From positions 96,904,079-96,968,078 of the forward strand of contig NC_057718.1 of NCBI RefSeq assembly GCF_004010195.1: 64,000 bases of DNA. The letters are read 5' to 3'. The stretch comes from Chiloscyllium plagiosum (Eukaryota). A model generated the notes under the pieces. That model was not told the DNA's origin and ran no database searches. It was given only the letters and a program-made list of their open reading frames with translations. The position numbers and the translations under genes are program-made. Of the stretch, positions 39,361 to 52,244 are shown piece by piece; the stretch's first letter is position 1, and each line of letters starts with the position of its first letter.

Positions 39361-39640
39361 ATCATAGAGTCAAAGTGATATGCAGCACAGAAATAGACCC
39401 TTCAGTCTGACTAGTCCATGCCAACCAGATATTCTAATTTAATCTAGTCCCATTTGCCAGCACTTGGCCCATATCCCTCTGAACCCTTCCTATTCATGTA
39501 TCCATTCAGATGCCTTTAAATGTTGTAATTGTACCAGCCTCCACCACTTCCTCTGTCAGCTCATTCCATACACGCACCACCCTCTGTGAAAAAGTTGTGA
39601 AGAGTACACCAATGCCATCTGTATCATGCCCTCTAGTTTA
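39361..39640 (-). mobile_element. CR1 3' fragment
   Basis: CR1 tail and the VWNELTEEVVEAG-type segment. Confidence 0.8.
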
Positions 39641-40359
39641 CTCACTGTAGCAGTTCATACTCTGCTCCAGCAACAGGACAACAGAGGTAGGGTGACCTCA
39701 ACAAAGTCGCCCCTTCCTCACAAGGAGACAGGACGTTATCCATCGGAGGAGGAGTCACATATAAGTGGCCACTACCCTCACAGCACGACTCCTATCATCG
39801 ACACTGCAGAGACTCCCAGAAGAGGCCCCTCCCTCCTCCTCATTTCCATTCAGCCTGCGGTCCCAACTCTGTGGGAGTCCAAGCTGGGGAGGGTGAGCTG
39901 CATTTCGCCAGCATCTCTGTGCACTCCTGACACAAACAATCCCAGGATCACCCAGCCAAAGTGTGGAAGGCCAATGGGTTCCACTCTCGGGCATGTTCTC
40001 TCACCTCAACCCCCAGGACTCAACGTAGTGGGAGGAACTGCATACTACGTTGAGGGTATGTAGGTAGAAGGGTGAAAGTTCATTGTAAGTAAATCACCAC
40101 ATTTGTAATATGTTCACTTTCCATCCTCAGCTGTGGCTATGATTTCAGCTGCAATTACAAAGCTGAATCTAAAGAACGCCCTCCCCATCCTTAATGCCAA
40201 ATGATGCCTTAACAATGCTTGAATGATAACGTCCGTACTTAGGTAACATCTTGTTACGATTGAATGAGGAAGCATCAGATGTTGTGAAGGCTTTCCTCAG
40301 TTTGTGTCCTTGACTTTTATTAAAGAACAGGAAAAGCGTCAAAAGGTCAAAGTGTTAAG

Positions 40360-40495
40360 CTGTTTTGAGGAAGGGCCAGTGGACTTGAAATGTTAACTCT
40401 GCTTGCTTTCCACAGATGCTGCCAGACCTGCTGAGATTCTCCAGCTATTTCTGTTTCAGTTTCAGATTTCCAGCACTTGCAGTTCTTTGGTTTAT
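40360..40495 (+). mobile_element. Family C hammerhead mini-element (decayed)
   Basis: TTGAGGA A GGGCC AGTG GACTT GAAA TG TT AAC followed by GATGCTGCCAGACCTGCTGAG. Confidence 0.75.
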
Positions 40496-40649
40496 TATAT
40501 AAGATTAATCTGCAATTGGGACTAAAAAGGAGAGATCCAAGTCCCTGTGGCATTTACAGTCATTAAGAGACAATTTTAGGCCACTCAGTTCAGTTGAAAC
40601 GCATTGCTAGAGAAATCCTACTTGTGGCTTTGGCTGACCCTTGCTTTGT

Positions 40650-41271
40650 GATTCATTCACAGGATGAGGGTACCACTGGCTAATCCAGCGTTTATTGCCC
40701 ATCCCTAATTATCAAGAGGGCAACCACATTGCTGTGGGTCTGGAGTCACATATAGGCCTGACCAGGTGAGGATGGCAGTTTCCTTCCCTAAGGGACATTA
40801 GTGATCCAGATGGGTTTTTCCCAACAATCGGCAATGCTTTCATGGTCATCATTAGACTCTGAATTCAAGATTTTACAGCGCCAGAGACCCGGGTTCAATT
40901 CCCGCCTCAGGTGACTGACTGTGTGGAGTTTGCACATTCTCCCAGTGTCTGCGTGGGTTTCCTCCGGGTGCTCCGGTTTCCTCCCACAGTCCAAAGATGT
41001 GCAGGTCAGGTGAATTGTCCGTAGTGTTAGGTAAGGGGTAAATGTAGGGGTATAGGTGGGTTGCGCTTCGGCAGGTCGGTGTGGACTTGTTGGGCCGAAG
41101 GGCCTGTTTCCACACTGTAATCTAATCTAATCTAAAATCTAAAATTTTCAGTCAAGCTTAAATCAAGTGTCATCACCTACCACGACTGGATTCAAACCCG
41201 TGTCCCCAGAACATTAGCTAGTGTCTCTGGATTAACAGTCTAGAGACAATTCCATGAGGCATCACCTCCCC
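40650..41271 (-). mobile_element. Second tRNA-headed SINE family sharing its 3' tail with the L2/CR1-group LINE; interrupted by HE1 (about 40874-41135, +)
   Basis: Head with a B-box-like GGTTTGAATCC. Tail GGGATGGGCAATAAACGCTGG...GAATGAAT matches the LINE tail at 29015-29075. Confidence 0.7.
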
Positions 41272-41334
41272 ATCTGGGCTGCAGCATGTTGATGGTGCTT
41301 TTCCTTCTGAAAAATGCCCTCATTTTCCAATTTA

Positions 41335-41953
41335 GAGTCATAGAGTCAGAGTCATAGAGCATGGAAACAGAGCCTTTGGTCCAACCAGTCCATGCCAACC
41401 ATGTTCCCAAATTAGACTAGTCCCACCTACCTGCACTTGACCCATATCCCTCCAAACCCTTCCTATTCAAATGTCTTTTAAACATTATAATTGTACCCCC
41501 ATCCACCACTTCCTCAGGAAGTTCATTCTACACACTCGCCACCCTCTGTGGCCTTTCATGTTATCTATGCCCCTCATGACTGTATAAACCTCAACAAGGT
41601 CTCCCTCAACCTCCCGTGTCCCAGTGAGAAAAGTCCCAGTGTTTCCAGTCAATTGTTATATCTCAAACCCAATAATCCTGGCAATATTCCCGGTAAATCT
41701 TTTCCCCAGCTTACTAATATCCTTCCTATATCAGGGCGACCAGAACTGCAAGCAATACTCCAGAAGCCTTGACACAATACAGCATCTCTCATGAATCCTT
41801 ATTCTCCTTCACATAGCTTTGTTGCATTATCCAGAGTGAAAGATCCAGGGATAAAGCAGCGCCTTCTGTCTGTACAGTACTGCCCTACACCCTGGATCTG
41901 ACTTACATGGGAACCACATATTGAGGGGATATCTTATGGCCCCTGTTGGTCCA
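41335..41953 (-). mobile_element. Chimeric repeat copy 2 (unassigned head plus CR1 3' segment and tail)
   Basis: Homologous to 36447-37140; lacks the family A insert. Confidence 0.7.
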
Positions 41954-42622
41954 AGTGGAAGAAAATGTTGCACTGCAGAACTACATGCCACCATGACATG
42001 GAGTAACAAAAGAACATTGACAAATAAACACTATTTTATCTGAGCGTGTCACACATCAACAGCAAAGACACAATGATGTTTCCAAAAGCATTCAGACATT
42101 GTCCTGCTTTCATTTATGTATAATGTGTATAATGTACGTAACTGTGGTGACCGTTTTAAATAATTCAAAATCTCCATCTTTGGGTCACTCAAACAAGGTG
42201 TTGCTTAAAGTGTTGCCACATTTTTAGGTTTGCCGGTTGTGTAACGTTTCATTTGTTATGCAGTCTTCAACTTCTGCAGAATGAATCAGAGCTGACAAAA
42301 TCCTCTTGAGTTTCTCTGTCGCCCGATGAGAGGAGTCAAAGTGGAGAATTTCTTGGATTAGCGCTTTGGATACAAAATAGGATGATCATCCAGCACTGCA
42401 ACAAGTCTGCTGTCCAAGTGATTGAAAGTTCTTGAGTGTTTCAAGACTCAAACTGAGTAGCTGTACCCCATAGCACCCCTGTCAATGTTTGGGCGTCATG
42501 CAAGAGTGGAAAGGGCCTACTTTCCGTGGCAGTGTCCTATGCATCCAGGAGTGTTTGAAATGCATCCAATGTCATGTTGACTCAAACAATGTTCACATAT
42601 GGGCTGGACATGTTCCAAATGT

Positions 42623-42946
42623 GGGCGGCATGGTGGCTCAGTGGTTAGCATCGCTGCCTCACAGCACCAAGGTCCCAGGCTCAATTCTAGCCTTGGGTGT
42701 CTGTCTGTGTGGAGTTTGCACATTCTCCACGTGTCTCCTGTGGGTTTCCTCCAGGTGCTCCGGTTTCCTTCCACAGTCCAAAGATGTGCAGGTTTAGGTG
42801 AATTGGCCACGCTAAATTGCCCCGTAGTGTTAGGTGCATTAGTCAGAGGGAGACGGGTCTGGGTGGGATACTCTTCGGAGGGTCAGTGTGGACTTGTTGG
42901 GCCGAAGGGCCTGTTTCCACACTGTAGGGAATCTAATCTAATCTAA
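42623..42946 (+). mobile_element. HE1-type V-SINE
   Basis: Near-consensus full copy. Confidence 0.9.
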
Positions 42947-43245
42947 ACTTGAGTTTACAGGTGAGTCAGTGAGCTAACAGAAAAAAAAAGTAAATGTTGT
43001 CCTCCAAAGTGAGCCAAGGAGAGGCAGAAACCGGCATGCAAGAGGTCTAAAAACTACACAAAGTAAGTTCGATAGGGAATCTAATCTAATCTAATCTAAA
43101 CTTGAGTTTACAGGTGAGTCAGTGAGCTGAAGACAACCAATGGAGGCTAACAGAAAAAAAAAGTAAATGTTGTCCTCCAAAGTGAGCCAAGGAGAGGCAG
43201 AAACCGGCATGCAAGAGGTCTAAAAACTACACAAAGTAAGTTCGA
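42925..43245 (+). repeat. Tandem duplication (148 bp plus 173 bp)
   Basis: 42925-43072 and 43073-43245 are identical apart from a 5-bp and a 20-bp indel. Confidence 0.9.
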
Positions 43246-44237
43246 AAAAAATTGGAAGGTAACTTGGAAAATATTAAGGTGAAAAGCAATACGACTGAGA
43301 TGAGTTATGCAAACATTACTGGGGAATTGTTAAGAGGAGCTAAAAAGACTGATTTGAAAGGAGGCCCAATAAAAATTTAACTAGTTGCACAGTAAATAGA
43401 TTAATAAAGATTTTTTCAGGAGTGAATTGAGTGGAAATGTATTAAAGTATTGGAACATCACAGATCCATTAAAATAAGTGTTTGTGTTAATCTTCACTAA
43501 AGAAGATTGCAGGACTTCAGATGTATAAGCCGAGGCCATAAAACTTCCGCTCTGAAGAGATCCTTTGCAATAAATGAGAGACACGCTAAATTTCATTGCA
43601 AAGTATTTTAGACATTAATGCTGTAGTCATGCAGTTATTTATTAGCCAAGTAGGATTGCTGAACAGCGCAGAATTAGGAAAAGTACAGTGTTGGCCTGTT
43701 ATTACAGTACATACACCCTAATGATTGCTTTAGATATCACCTTAAAGGGAAGTTACTGATCAGGCTGTCCTTTTTGAATTCATTCACATGATGTGGGCGT
43801 CAATGGTAAGGCCATCTCTATTGCCCATCTCTAATTACTCTGAAAAGGTGTTGGCGAGACACCTTTTTGAGTAGATTTGAGTGCCTTGTTAGACCCTTTC
43901 AGAGGTCAGCTATGATTCAGCCACATTGCATTGTGAATGGTTGGCAGATGAGAAGAGTGAAGTGATTCAGGTTGATTGGAAGAATGCAAAGCGGCACTAG
44001 CAAATAAAGAGTCCAATTCTAAAAGGAGTGCACGACCAGCTGAGGATACATTTGCAGAGAAGTTATTGCAAGTTAGTGAGGAGGTGGTTAATCAAATATG
44101 CAGCATCTTCGGCTTTATTACTAATGGTGGGAGTGGAAGGGCAAAGATGTTATGTTATGTAGAATACTGCCTTCGCCCAACTGAAGTATTGTGACCAATC
44201 TGGGCGCTACATTGAATAAGGATGCAAAGGCATGAGG

Positions 44238-44490
44238 AGAGTCATAGAGATGTACAGCATGGAAACAGACCCTTCGGTCCAACTCGTCCATTTCAACCAG
44301 ATATCCCAACTGAACCTAGTCCCACCTGCCAGCACCCAGCCCATATTCCTCCAAATTCTTCCTATTCATATACCCATCCAGATGCCTTTTAAATGTTGTA
44401 ATTGTACCAGCCTCCACCACTTCCTCTGGCAGCTCACTCCATACACGCACCACCCTCTGTGTGAAAAAGTTACCCCTTAGGTCCCTTTTA
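44238..44490 (-). mobile_element. CR1 3' fragment
   Basis: Nearly the same tail as 2252-2520. Confidence 0.85.
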
Positions 44491-45829
44491 TATCATTCTC
44501 CTCTCGCCCAGAGTTCAGAAACAATTTACAGAAATAGTTCCAGGGAGTCAGCTGTCCATTTGATTAAAAAGTCTTGAGTGTTTCAACACTCCATATAGGG
44601 AGTGTTGGGCATCTTGCAGAGATGCAAAAGATCAATTTTACATTCCTATCTCCTGGGCACCCAAGGGTGCTTGGAATACTTCCAAGGTCATATAGGGTCA
44701 AGAATGTTCACACAAGGGCCGGACTTGTTCCACCTGAGTTTCTGAGTGAGCTGAAGAGAATGATTGGAGACCACCAGAGAAAAACCAAATATTGTCTTTC
44801 AAAGTGAACCCCAAGCTGAGGCAGGAGGTGCAGAACGAAGGCCACGGAGGATGCTTAAGTGGTCACGCAAGGTTAAAAACGACACAAACTAACAGAGGAA
44901 TTTCAGTCACATAGTTGGAGCACAGAAACTGGAGCTGTTACTCTTGAAGAGATGGTTGAGAGGAGATTTCATGGGAATTCTAAAGTGTTTAGATAAGTTC
45001 TTATGTAGAAGGATCGAGAACCAGAAGGCACAGACTTTAAAAAAAGCAACAAAGGCCAGAGGAAAAATTGTTTTAACCAGTTGGAGTGCACTGCCTGAGG
45101 GTGTGGTGGGGCCAGGTTCAATTGAAGCATTCTATGGGAATTGGAACTAATATCTGATAAAGGGCTAAGGGGGAGAAGCTGGGGAATGACACTCAGTAAA
45201 TTGTTGAAGCTTAAAGCTGATGCAGACATGATGGGCTGAATGGCCTCCTTCTGATGCAAGAATTATTTGATTCAAGATCAAATTATGAAAAATCTCTAAG
45301 GCATTCCTCTCCCTGGTCAGAAGCTAGGATTTTCAGATTTTTTTTCATAAAGCTATGATTACAAGTCAGATCAAGGGAAACGTAACTCTGCTTTAGAGAC
45401 ACGTGTAACTCAAATACATATATATCTTGCTTAATCCCTTATTTTGTGTCAGTGGAATTATACATGTTGCACAGAGTTAAAATGGTGGATGATGCTATTT
45501 CAGACAGCACTTTTGAAGGTTTAATGAAGTGCAGCACCATCTAATGGACAGATCCTGTTGGAAGTGACAAATAAAACTTGGTGCAACAGAACTGAAAGTA
45601 AAATTCAGTTATTGAAATTCAATATGAAAAGCTAACATTATAACATGATCAAAAAGCATGACACAGTTTTTTTTAAGTGTTGGAAATATTTTTTCTTAAT
45701 TAGTCAGTTCCATGTTTAGCCCATAGCATAGTTCTGTTTTTCAAACCTCTTCAGGTTGTTTTTTTTCCCTTGTGGATATGAGAATTACTCTTGCAAATTC
45801 ATAAGCACAGGATCTCTATCGTGTGGAAG

Positions 45830-46062
45830 GGCATCCCACCCTGCAACCCTGCATCCCATTGCTAATCCACCTAGCCTGCACATTCCTAGACATTATGGGG
45901 CAATTTAGTATGGACAATCCACCCAACCTGCTTATCTTTGGAGTAAATCCACGCACACACAGTGAGAATGTGCAAACTCCACATTGAGAGTCGTCTAAGG
46001 GTGGAATTGAACCCAGGTCCCTGGTGCAATGAGGTACCAGTCCTAACCACTGAGCCACTCCT
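45830..46062 (-). mobile_element. HE1-type V-SINE (internally deleted)
   Basis: Head and V-domain are present. Confidence 0.75.
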
Positions 46063-46092
46063 AAGCTGTAACATTCTGTTTTTGACAAGCGA

Positions 46093-46190
46093 AGCGAAAG
46101 TGAGGACTGCGGATGCTGGAGATTAGAGTCGAGAGTGTGGTGTTGGAAAAGCACAGCAAGTCAGGTAGCAAAAGCCCTTCATCAGAAAGG
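46093..46190 (-). mobile_element. Family A mini-element (internally deleted)
   Basis: GCGAAAGTGAGGACTGCGGATGCTGGAG...AAAAGCCCTTCATCAG. Confidence 0.75.
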
Positions 46191-48320
46191 AATCTAACAC
46201 TGAGTTAGCACCCAGTGCTCAAACTGTGGATTTTCACTGCATCCGTTGTGTCATCTTGACTGATACTTTGTGTATTGTTTTATATAATGGCAGAGAATTG
46301 TTGGTTCAATATTTCCACTGGATTATTGCAGAACACAATAAGTAGCACTTTGTACAGTGTAACCTATCTTGGTCACTTGCTAGTTTGTGGAATGAACTCC
46401 CAGAGAAAGTGATGGATACGGGTATAGTTGCAACTTTTAAAAGATATCAGACTAAGTACCTGAATAAGAGTTTGGAGGGACATGGGCCAGGAGCAGGTAG
46501 GTGGGACTAGTTTAGTTTGAGATTATGTTCAGCATGGACTGGATGGATGGATTATAAAATCCGTGCTGAAGACTGTGTACTGAAAATGCTGTGTCTGAGA
46601 ACATTATTCGTACGCTGATCTCCCATCAGGCCTAATTATAATGTAGTGGATTATCCATGAGCAGAAGCTAAGATCTTTGATCAGGGGCATACATGAGAAC
46701 ATGGGAAATTGCAGCATGAGTCTAATCTTGGAAGCTGGAACATACAGGGCCTTTGAGAGATCCTGTGATGACATTAATGTTTCCTGAGGCAAGACTAATC
46801 TTGGAGGTCTGAATTTTATGACACCTGTGCACCTCCGGCTTGGTCTACCAGTACAATTTTACAATTCCGAATACCAAGACAAACAATTTAGTTATGGAGT
46901 CATGCAGCATGGAAACAGACCCTTTGGCCTAACCCATCTATGCTGATTGGACATCCCAATCTGACCTAATCCCATTTGCCAGTGTTTGACCCATATTCCT
47001 CTAAACCCTTCCAATTCATATACCCATCCAGATGCCTTTTAAATGTTGTTCCTCTGGCAGCTCATTCCATGCATGTACCACCCTCTGTGCGAAAAAGTTA
47101 CTCCTCAGGTCCATTTCAAATTGTTCCCCCCAACCTTAAATATGTGCCCTTTAGTTTTGGATTCCCCCATCCCAGAAAAATGACCTTGGCTATTCACCCT
47201 ACCCAAGCCCTGTCATGATTGATGAATGAACTCGCAAAACTTCACTAAGTAAAACAGGAATGACGGTCACATTAGGACAAGCTGTTCAGACCCTGAAGAG
47301 ATTTATAGGCTGGGAGTGGGGTAGGAGAAGGGATGCCCTGTTTCCTTGCCTCAGGGTGGGCATGTAGTCAAGGTGGTGGGACGTTGGAGTTGTTGTGACT
47401 GTACGCTAAACCTTTCTCACCGTGACCCCATTTCGAAGCCTGAACGTTGCTGCAATCCCACAGCAGGACCTGTGAGAGCGAGCAGAGACTGTGAAGAGGG
47501 GAGGGGCATCCTATTTGGTCGAATGGAGGGGAAGGACATTGCTGCTTTGACCCTCGTGACCCCAATATTTCATCTCGCGACCCCTGCTGGCGACACCACC
47601 ACCAATTTTGGGAAGCCCCTCCATAAACAATTGCAGTGTTGCCCACTCGTTCCCCCAACCCTCCCCTCACAAGAATATAGATACATCGGAAGAGACGACA
47701 ACAAATGTGAAACCTTGCATTTCTACGTCCCTCAAATGCAACAGGACCTCCACAGTTCCACCACCATTAACTTCAGCAGGACATCTGCAGGGGAACATTC
47801 CAAAGGGACCATGGGGTCTACATTACTTCCTTGGAGATCTCATCAATCTCCAGCTGCCAGATTCCCTTTGAAATATGAGTGTCGTTTCGTTTACCCTGTT
47901 CAAAACATCACGCCACACCTTCAAACGAGATGTCAACTTTCAGAGTGCCCTTGCCTATGAAGGATATTTTCTCCCATCACTACTCAAAAGGCACTTTGAG
48001 GCATTCAACTGGGCATTGGATGAATGTTAGGATGGATAGATGTGTTGTGCAGGGATAGAGAGAAAAGACAGGAGATAAGCAAAGACCGAGAACAGGCATG
48101 ATGGGTCTCCTTAACAATTTTGTGATTCAGGCAACAGAGGGATAATTCTTGGCTTCACCAGTTGGGAAATTTATTGGAAGGGTGGATGAACAATTCATTA
48201 CCAAATCGGCTACCTTCTATAATAATAGACTTTGGTATTTTATTGTTCAATTTGTGAGGGTAGCAATGATGCCAATGATGAAAGGTGTCTCTTTAATGCA
48301 TAAAAAATCATTAAGCACCA

Positions 48321-48523
48321 AGTTAAAAATCCCACAACACCAGGTTATAGTCCAACAGGTTTACTTGGAAGCACTAGCTTTCGGAGCGACGCTCCTTCAT
48401 CAGGTGGTTGATGAAGGAGCAGCACTCTGAAAGCTAGTGCTTCCAAATAAACCTGCTGGACTATAACCTGGTGTTGTGTGATTGTTTTAACTTTATCCAC
48501 CCCAGTCCAACACCAGCATCTTC
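48321..48523. mobile_element. Family B fold-back mini-element
   Basis: Inverted arms meet at about 48404-48409. TSD AAATCATTAAGCA(C/G)CAAG (48305-48322 / 48524-48541), partly overlapping the element end. Confidence 0.9.
48372..48406 (-). ncRNA. Minimal type-I hammerhead ribozyme motif (family B)
   Basis: CAC CUGAUGA A GGAGC-GUC-GCUCC GAAA GC UA GUG. Stem I CAC/GUG; palindromic AGCU in place of stem III. Confidence 0.8.
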
Positions 48524-48596
48524 AAATCATTAAGCAGCAAGCCAATTTTTCTTCACTGCAACTCTTTAATGCAGACCTTGGAGGGTGGCCACACTT

Positions 48597-49775
48597 TATA
48601 GAACATAAAACATTACAGCGCAGTATAGGCCCTTTGGCACTCGATGTTGCACTGACCTGTCATACCAATCTGAAGCCCATCTAACCTATACCATTCCATG
48701 TATGTCCATATGCTTGTCCAATGACGACTTAAGTGTACTTAAATTTGGTGAATCTACTACCGTTCCAGGCAAAGCATTCCATACCCTTACTACTCTCTGA
48801 GTAAAGAAACTACCTCTGACATCTGTCCTATATCTATCACCCCTCAATTTAAAGCTGTGCCCCCTCGTGCTTGCCGTCACCATACTTGGAAAAAGGCTCT
48901 CCCTGTCCACCCTATCTAACCCTCTGATTATCTTATATGTCTCTATTAAGTCACCTCTCAACCTTCTTCTCTCTAACAAAAACAGCCTCAAGTCCAGGCA
49001 ACATCCTCGTACCAGGCAACATCCTAGTAAATCTCCTCTGCACCCTTTCCAAAACTTCCACATCCTTCTTATAACGTGGTGACCAGAATTGTACACAATA
49101 CTGCAAGTGTGGCCACACCAGAGCTTTGTACAGCTACAGCATAACCTCCTGGTTCCGGAACTCGATCCCTCTGTTAATAAAAGCTAAAACACTGTATGCC
49201 TTCTTAACAACCCTGTCAACCTGGGTGGCAACTTTCAAGGATCTGTGTACATGGACACCAAGATCTCTCTGCTCATCTACACTACCAAGAACCTTACCAT
49301 TAGCCCAGTACTTTGCATTCCGGTTACTCTGACCAAAGTGAATCACCTCATACTTGTCCGCATTAAACTCCATTTGCCACCTCTCAGCCCAGCTCTGCAG
49401 CTTATCTATGTCTCTCTGTAACCTACAACATCCTTTGTCACTATCCACCGACCTTAGTGTTGTCTGCAAATTTACTAACCCACCCTTCTATGCTCTCATC
49501 CAGGTCGTTTATAAAAATGATGAACAGTAGTGGATCGAACACCGACCCTTGCTGTACACCACTAGTAACTGGACTCCAGGATGAACATTTCCCATCAACC
49601 ACCACCCTCTGTCTTCTTTCAGCAAGCCAATTACTATATCTCCCACAATCCCATTCCTCTGCATTTGTACAATAGCCTACTGTGGGGAACCTTATCGAAC
49701 GCCTTGCTGAAATCCATATACACCACATCAACCAGTTTACTCTCATCTACCTGTTTGGTCACCTTCTCAAAGAAT
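48597..49775 (-). mobile_element. CR1 LINE RT 3' portion
   Basis: [44 protein letters not shown] and FFTQRVVRVWNALP. Confidence 0.9.
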
Positions 49776-49828
49776 TTTTGAGAATCTTTGTTGCTATTAT
49801 GTCACCATTGCATTCTATATATTTGGTA

Positions 49829-50370
49829 GAAAGTGAGGACTGCAGATGCTGGAGAGTCAGAGTCGAAAAATGTGACACTGGAAAAGCACAGCAGAGCAGG
49901 CAGCATCCAAGGAGCAGGAGAGTCGATGTTTCAGGCATAAGCCCTTCATCAGGAATGTGGAGGGGGGAACAGGGACCGAAAGATAAACACAGGGTGGCAG
50001 GGGACTGAGGAGAAGGTGGATGGGAAGGTGATAGGTGGATGTAGGTGGGAGGTTATTGTGATAGGTCAGTGGGGAGGGTAGAGCAGTTAGGTGGGAAGGA
50101 CGATGGTCAGGCCAAGAGGGTGGTGCTGATTTGGAAGGTTGAATCTGGGAGGAGGTGGAGGGAGGGGAGATTTGGAAACTGGTGAAGTCGATGTTGATGC
50201 TTTCTGGTTGGAGGGTCGCGAGGCGGAAGATGAGGTGTTCTTCCTCCAGTTAGCAAATGGTTTTGATTTGGTGGTGGAGGAGTCCAGAACTTGCATTTTA
50301 TTGGCGGAGTGGGAGGGGGAGTTGAAGTGGTCAGCACAGGATGATGGGGTTGTTTGGTGCGTGCGTCCCA
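49829..50370 (-). mobile_element. Penelope-like element 3' fragment (GIY-YIG C-terminus plus family A pLTR)
   Basis: ADHFNSPSHSANKMQV...EEEHLIFRLATLQPESINIDF; hammerhead core at about 49922-49953. Confidence 0.85.
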
Positions 50371-50906
50371 TGCTTCTTTTAAGACAGGATGGGCCATGGT
50401 TTGTTCATGAGGACCTACTGCTTATCAACTGCTTTGTTATATATTTCCAAGGATGACCTTTCAGTTAATGGCCTTCCAGGTTGTAAAGTTTGTGATTTTT
50501 CATTGTTTCCTCACCTTGATCAGAGAGGAAGGTGTTCAGGTTGTGACACATAGACTACCCTATGGAGTGAGTATGGCCATAAACTCTACTCAACTGATAC
50601 CTTCCGTATAGGACCCCCAATTTTAACTGTCCTTGTTCACAAAAGCAACTATCGTGACACAAGGATGCAGTTTTAAGAGGGCATGGCAGATGCTGAGTTA
50701 GATTAACAGGTCCCTCCAAATACAGGTCATCTTTATACATATACAACTCCGATTACATCCTTTGAAAGATGATAGGGATGCTATAGGTTCGGGGTCGATG
50801 ACTATTTTTACCTGAGCAGCCTCTTCAGAAAGACAATTGCTCCAAATAGAATCTATTGTGTTCTGCGAAAAAAGAAAATCAGCATTTCTAAAACTAATTG
50901 CCATAT

Positions 50907-51213
50907 GGCACGGTGGCTCAGTGGTCAGCATTGCTGCCACACAGCACCAGGGACCTGGGTTCGATTCCGGCCTCAGGCGACTGTCTGTGTGGAGTTTGCA
51001 CATTCTCCCCATGTCTGCGTGGATTTCCTCTGGGTATTCCAGTTTCCTCCCACAGTCCAATGATGTGTAGGTTCGGTGAATTGACTATGCTAAATTGCCC
51101 ATAGTGGAGGTTATCAGGCAGGGGTAAATATAGGGTCTGGGTGGGTTACTCTTTGAAGGGTCGGTGTGGACCTACTGGGCCTAATGGTCTGTTTCCACAC
51201 TGTCAGGATTCTA
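50907..51213 (+). mobile_element. HE1-type V-SINE
   Basis: Full copy. Confidence 0.85.
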
Positions 51214-51850
51214 ATAAAAATAAATGTGCCTTTGAGAAAGGAGAAAGGCTAAATGGGGATGTGAATAGACGGATGTTTGATGACCAAAGGGCATTTTTTT
51301 CTGCTGTAAAAACTCTATGATTTGAAAGAAATAACAACTGAAATATGTCTATTGAATGCAAAAATAAGAAGACAAATTGAAATAGTTTCACTCAATTATC
51401 ATTTTGACTCTTTATTTTAACTATCATTTTGTCAGTGCTGTCATTTCTGAAATAAACCCCAATTTGAGATGAGCAGAATTAAGACAAAGTTTCTGGCCGT
51501 AGATTCTCATGATCAAAAAGAAACTCACAGAAGCACATTTGGAATAATTTATCATCTCTCAACAATATTAGAAACTGTAATGGTTACTGCTATAAACCTG
51601 TTCCTCAAATCAAAAGCATTATCTCCAACCATAGTGTAGCTATACAACTCCAACATGAGCATAATCATGCTTCTCGTTAAAATAATCATTCAAAACCATA
51701 AAGTGCAGCATAATGATCAGCCTTTTATCCCCATAAGAACAACACTGCTTGACTTTGCTTGACTTAATTCTTCGCACCTGCTTTTCTCATGTCAATGAGA
51801 TCTGACTGGGAAAGGTTGGGAACTGTAAGTCCAATGTTAAAAACTTTGGA

Positions 51851-51851
<1 letters not shown>

Positions 51852-51882
<31 letters not shown>
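51852..51882 (+). repeat. (CA)n microsatellite
   Basis: About 15 CA units. Confidence 0.95.
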
Positions 51883-51883
<1 letters not shown>

Positions 51884-51942
51884 AGTAGGCCCGGAAGACC
51901 TGATCCTACTCTGACAATAGCAGTTTGCATCCCAAGCTAAAA

Positions 51943-52243
51943 GATTAGATTAGATTCCCTACAGTGTGGAAACAGGCCCTATGGCCCAACAAATCCACAC
52001 TGCCCCTCCGAAGAGTAACCCTCCCAGACCCATTCCCCCTATCCTATATTTACCCCTGACTAACGCACCTAACACCATGGGCAATTTATCATGGCCAATT
52101 CACCTAACTGCACATCTTTGGATTGTGGGAGAAAACCCACGCAGACATAGGGAGAATGTGCAAACTCCACACAGCCAGTTGCCTTAGGGAAGAATTAAAC
52201 CCAGGTCCCTGGCGCTGTGAGGCAGCAGTGCTAACCACTGAGC
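51943..52243 (-). mobile_element. HE1-type V-SINE
   Basis: Reverse-complement copy with a (GATTA)n tail. Confidence 0.85.
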
Positions 52244-52244
52244 A

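Noticed and set aside
47346..47960. 204-aa ORF in unassigned sequence (likewise 39626-40063 and 55873-56433)
   Set aside because: No recognisable domain, splice signals or coding pattern; probably decayed repeat or chance ORFs.
1198..51104. Many recurring 60-160 aa ORFs (e.g. MAQWLALLPHS..., ...GRLSVWSLHILP..., ...LEKHSRSGSIRG...)
   Set aside because: They are translations of HE1 SINEs and family A pLTRs, not protein-coding genes.
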